Source: Dudresnaya verticillata
Lineage: Eukaryota
NCBI GenBank assembly: GCA_977862235.1
Contig: OZ374560.1
Coordinates: 2,108,001-2,172,000 of the forward strand
Direction: 5' to 3'
Length of the DNA stretch: 64,000 nt
Part shown: positions 59,701-64,000 of the stretch, piece after piece
Position numbering within the stretch: the stretch's first letter is position 1
How the letters are laid out: each line of letters starts with the position of its first letter
Position numbers and translations under genes: made by a program
The notes under the pieces: model-generated
Seen by the model: only the letters and a program-made list of their open reading frames with translations
Told to the model about the DNA's origin: nothing
Databases searched by the model: none

Positions 59701-61638
59701 GGGGCATCCAAGACACTCCGATCTGGGTATGCCACCGACGAAGCAGGATGTCACACTGAGAGACGTCAGCACCTTCCAGCTAGTCCGAACGGCAATTGTT
59801 CCTTGTTGCCGGGTTTCTGGTGGATTCAACGTTCATGGAGTTGTTTCACCTTACCTATAGAGCCTTGTTGTGGAGGATTGCTTTGCTGTTTTGAAAAAAA
59901 AATACTTTCATGCAGAGACAAAGTGGAGAAAGCAGAACTATATCCATAAACAGAGTCTGAAGACGAAGAAATGAATGCGGGGTGAGATCCAAGCTAAGAG
60001 CAATTCAAGACATGCCCCGAAGATTTTTCAGGGGCCCAGATCCCAACTTGCCCGTTAAGAATTGTCGTTTGACCTGCGTGCATATCGCATGAATGTGTAT
60101 TTTCGGAACGTCGCCACATAATAGGCATGAATGCAATTAGCTAGACGGAGGAATATTGTTCCACGCGGAAAGATAATTGCGAAAAGGGCCCTTTGCAGGT
60201 GTTTGGTGTTCGGGGCCTGCATTCGGCGAAAGGATTTGGAAGGAGTGTTGTAGGAGTGTGCATCTCCGGCGTTGCGAACCATGCTGTCGAAGAACGAAGC
60301 AAATTTGGTTCGCCATGATATGCTATCTGCCTTACATACAGAGCGGAGTGAGGAGTACAAAAAAATCTGCGCCGTGCGCATACTCAGCGGAGACGACAGA
60401 CGATGGTACGCGTACAGTATCGTACAGTAGTACGTCAACTCTGCGTCACAGCCAACGCGCCTGCGGACTTGACAGTAGCAAGGCGGACCTAGAGAAGGGA
60501 ACGACGGCGCACACGGGATGGTGTCTGTGAAGAGCGCGGCAGAACTGTACGAAGACTCTGAATTCTGCATTGAATCCCCCGACTCGCCTGCCAGTGCGCT
60601 CGCTCCACCGAGATCTACATAAACTCGCAAAGGCTGGGACCGCAACACCCGCCACCAGGGTCAACGGGCATGCATGCGCTGACACCAGCGCTGCCGCGGC
60701 CTGCATTGCTGCCGCCTTTGCCGCTATTGCTGGCCTCAGAGTTTATCGGGTGATGAAGGGAATAATCGCTGACACGGTTTCAAGGCACACGCACTCTTTC
60801 GAGTTGCTGTTAATAGATTCACTGCGAAACATTCACGTAGACACTCAGCGCCTTACTGTGATGTGATAGTATTCCTCAGCGGTTGTTTATAGAGGTCCTG
60901 CCGGCAGCTGAGGCCCGTTTTCAGGCGGACTTAGGATGTATCAACAACCTTCACTGAGAGATGGGTGTTGCGGTGTGGGAGATGGTGTTGGTCCGCCGAG
61001 CAATGGGGGACAACTCAGCAAATTACAGTTTTGCGACCCTTGCTTGTCAGTTCACATGTCACGCCACCCATAACCGCGCGCAATATCGCACCGATACGGC
61101 CCATGTAACAGCCCACCCCATCTAGCGCTGACACGATCGCTCCTCCGGCATGACATTGCCCCTGTCTGATCTTTGTGCTGAATTCGCACCAACTATCCAC
61201 GCCTGAATTCCGCACCGGATCAGAACAGATTCAAGCCTTGTCCGCTGCGTGTTGTTTACACGAACTCGCTCCACTCAACTCAATCTCACCTCATCTTGCA
61301 TGGAGCGACAAGCTCGCACAAGCGTGAAAATCCTAGCGGTTCCTTGTTTCCGGACTCCATTGGAGCTGAACCCGGGAAAAGGGGGAGAATGGGGATATCC
61401 TAAAACAGGCTTGTCCAGTGACGTGACCGTGCAAGTCACCCAGTCAATTCAGAGCTTCACCAACTCGTTCGAACGATCGCGCATCCCAGCTCGCTGGTGA
61501 ACTTCATCCTCCACAACACTGAATTCAGTTCCCTTGTCCGTCTGGAAGCTTTCTTCTTCGATCAAGCAATTCTGTCTGTGCAACATGAGAATGAAACTGC
61601 AGAGCTCTCTCTTAATTGAAGATGACTTTCACAATGCC

Positions 61639-61646
61639 TATAAAAG
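61639..61646 (+). promoter_or_regulatory. TATA box
   Basis: TATAAAAG about 90 bp upstream of ATG 61736. Confidence 0.65.
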
Positions 61647-61735
61647 AGCAGCTGCCCTGTCTTTACTGCTGAACTCATATCAGCTCGTCCAAAACAGTAC
61701 GCACTCCGCCCAGTCAAGTTGGGTACCACCTCAAC

Positions 61736-63415
61736 ATGGTTTCTCGAAACGCTCTCCTGCGCATTTCCGTCTTCGTCGCATTTTCTCAAGCTGCCTTTTT
61801 CGCCCTTGCCGTAGGTACCGCTCCATCCTCCAGGACTGGCAGCTCTCTCAAGCCCGAGTGCGCTTCATGCGTTGAGAATTTTGAATGCGCACAAGGGAAA
61901 TGTTGGGGCAGTCCGCGCAAGTGCACGGACGGAACATTTCACTCGTTGAGCAATTGCTTCCCGGGAGAGTGTGAACCCTGCCAGAATGAGTTTGGCTGCG
62001 CCACCAAGAAGTGTCTCAACGGAAAATGCGTTTTCGACACCCAAGAGTCGGAAGCCAAGTGCTTCCCGAAGAAGATGGAATGCGAACTCTGCAAGGAGGA
62101 CGAAGAATGCCAACAGGGAAAATGCTGGGGCAAACCTCGAAAGTGCACTGATGGCACCCTGCCGTCGCTGAAAAAATGTTTCCTAGGCGAGTGCGAGCCT
62201 TGCACGTCCGAGTTCGAGTGCAGTACAAAGAAGTGTACCAATGGTAAATGCACTTTCGACACTATCGCTTCGATGGACAAGTGCTTCCCGAAGAAGAAGG
62301 AATGCGAGCTCTGCAGGGAGGGCGAAGAATGCCAACAGGGCAAGTGCTGGGGAAAACCGCGAAAGTGCACAGATGGCTCCTTGATTTCTTTGCAGAAATG
62401 CTTCCTGGGCGAGTGTGAACCCTGCACGTCGGAGTTCGAGTGCAGTACAAAGAAGTGTACCAATGGTAAATGCACTTTCGACACTATCGCTTCGATGGAC
62501 AAGTGCTTCCCGAAGAAGAAGGAATGCGAGCTCTGCAGGGAGGGCGAAGAATGCCAACAGGGCAAGTGCTGGGGAAAACCGCGAAAGTGCACAGATGGCT
62601 CCTTGATTTCTTTGCAGAAATGCTTCCTGGGCGAGTGTGAACCCTGCACGTCGGAGTTCGAGTGCAGTACAAAGAAGTGTACCAATGGTAAATGCACTTT
62701 CGACACTATCGCTTCGATGGACAAGTGCTTCCCGAAGAAGAAGGAATGCGAGCTCTGCAGGGAGGGCGAAGAATGCCAACAGGGCAAGTGCTGGGGAAAA
62801 CCGCGAAAGTGCACAGATGGCTCCTTGATTTCTTTGCAGAAATGCTTCCTGGGCGAGTGTGAACCCTGCACGTCGGAGTTCGAGTGCAGTACAAAGAAGT
62901 GTACAAATGGAAAGTGCACGTTCGGCACGGCAGCTTCCGTTTCCAAGTGCTTCCCGAAGAAGAAGGAGTGCGCTTCTTGCACGAAGGGTGATGAATGCGA
63001 GCAGGGCAAGTGTTGGGGAGCAAAGTGCACGGACGAGTCTCCGGAATCACTGAAGCGTTGCTTCTTGCCCGAATGTTCACCATGCACCTCTTCATCCCAG
63101 TGCAGCACGAAGCGATGTGCCGGTGGGAAGTGCGTGTTCAACACCCACACTTCCATTGCGAAATGCTTCAAGAAGAAGGAGTGCGACCGATGCACTAGAA
63201 GTGATCAATGTGAGCAAGGCAAGTGTTGGGGACACCCGGCTAGATGCACAGATGGTTCTCCTGCTTCCATGAAGAAATGCTTCCTTCCAGAATGTTCGAG
63301 GTGCTACTCAAGCCTTCAGTGTAGCACGAAGAAATGCTGGAGATATCGATGTGTGTATCCGAATCGGTATTCCATCAGAAGGTGCTTCAGACGCCGCAGG
63401 CGCTTGCATTGGTAG
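61736..63415 (+). CDS. Secreted Cys/Lys-rich repeat protein (559 aa), paralogue of 56115-56708
   Basis: Signal peptide (ISVFVAFSQAAFFALA), about 14 six-Cys modules in alternating A/B pairs, basic tail RRRRRLHW. Confidence 0.9.
   Translation: MVSRNALLRISVFVAFSQAAFFALAVGTAPSSRTGSSLKPECASCVENFECAQGKCWGSPRKCTDGTFHSLSNCFPGECEPCQNEFGCATKKCLNGKCVFDTQESEAKCFPKKMECELCKEDEECQQGKCWGKPRKCTDGTLPSLKKCFLGECEPCTSEFECSTKKCTNGKCTFDTIASMDKCFPKKKECELCREGEECQQGKCWGKPRKCTDGSLISLQKCFLGECEPCTSEFECSTKKCTNGKCTFDTIASMDKCFPKKKECELCREGEECQQGKCWGKPRKCTDGSLISLQKCFLGECEPCTSEFECSTKKCTNGKCTFDTIASMDKCFPKKKECELCREGEECQQGKCWGKPRKCTDGSLISLQKCFLGECEPCTSEFECSTKKCTNGKCTFGTAASVSKCFPKKKECASCTKGDECEQGKCWGAKCTDESPESLKRCFLPECSPCTSSSQCSTKRCAGGKCVFNTHTSIAKCFKKKECDRCTRSDQCEQGKCWGHPARCTDGSPASMKKCFLPECSRCYSSLQCSTKKCWRYRCVYPNRYSIRRCFRRRRRLHW
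62180..62920 (+). repeat. 222-bp in-frame tandem repeat (74 aa)
   Basis: Unit starts at ~62180, 62402, 62624 and 62846. The central copies appear identical at DNA level. Confidence 0.92.
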
Positions 63416-64000
63416 ACTTTCCCGAAATGCTCTATGGTTGAAGCTCATAGAGATAATGTAGTTGTGACTCATGCGTTTAATTGTTAGGTAGCACTGCATG
63501 TGACATGCTTTGACGTGTTACACTGATACTTTTAGATGAGGGCCGTGAACTTGATAATGCTGATCCTAGAATGCCGTTGAGAATTGCAGCATTTGCACGT
63601 GTTATGTAGGATTTTACTATAAAGTGTTGTGAACCTTTACGGCTACCAAGTTAAAGAATGGATCTTTGGATGCTTGGAGATACTGTCTGCCTGTAAAAAT
63701 GAAATTCACCGATACTGCTTAAGAGTATCCAGTAGGAATGCTCTAGCTTCATTCTTTCGTAAAGTGACGTTTGCCGATACTGCATTCAGAGTACTACTCG
63801 AAGTGAGTTTCTGAATAGTAAAGGAAATCTTGTTGGAAGGACGGAAATCATCCCTTTACGACATTGCACTACTAGCGAGAGTTCCCTTACTTGGCGAGTG
63901 TTAACTCAGAGGAGCTGTGGAGGTTGAGAGCCGATGTCTATTGACACTAATGGCCACATACTGTCGGACAAAAAAAGTAAGACGAGTAAGGAGGGAGCCA

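Noticed and set aside
61939..63195. 418-aa minus-strand ORF (also 56102-56713)
   Set aside because: Antisense shadows of the Cys-rich repeat genes, with no independent coding features.

Overview
Eukaryotic, intron-poor, transposon-dense window. A red alga (florideophyte) is my best inference from the TE families, the WD40 relic and the Cys-rich genes; this is not proven. Host-like genes: tRNA-Lys(CTT), an acidic MGNKFSC protein, a WD40 pseudogene and two paralogous secreted Cys-rich repeat proteins. Mobile DNA: two degenerate LINE-type RT elements, a CRE-like RT-REL element plus two fragments, a 5'-truncated Copia, a PIF/Harbinger remnant, a nest of solo LTRs with 5-bp TSDs, and a full-length chromodomain Gypsy (35661-47098). 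Main signals: (1) the Gypsy carries about 39 copies of the palindrome CCGTNACGG through all its ORFs, plus a ~950-codon antisense gene ending in an NLS, suggesting a self-encoded trans-factor with dispersed cis-sites; (2) a ~16-kb block of intronless cargo-like ORFs centred on a ParB-like + beta-class N6A/N4C DNA methyltransferase + Tnp1/En/Spm-like fusion; (3) a telomere-repeat insertion flanked by a 47-bp duplication in one Gypsy LTR. All domain calls are from motif recognition by eye; no searches were run.
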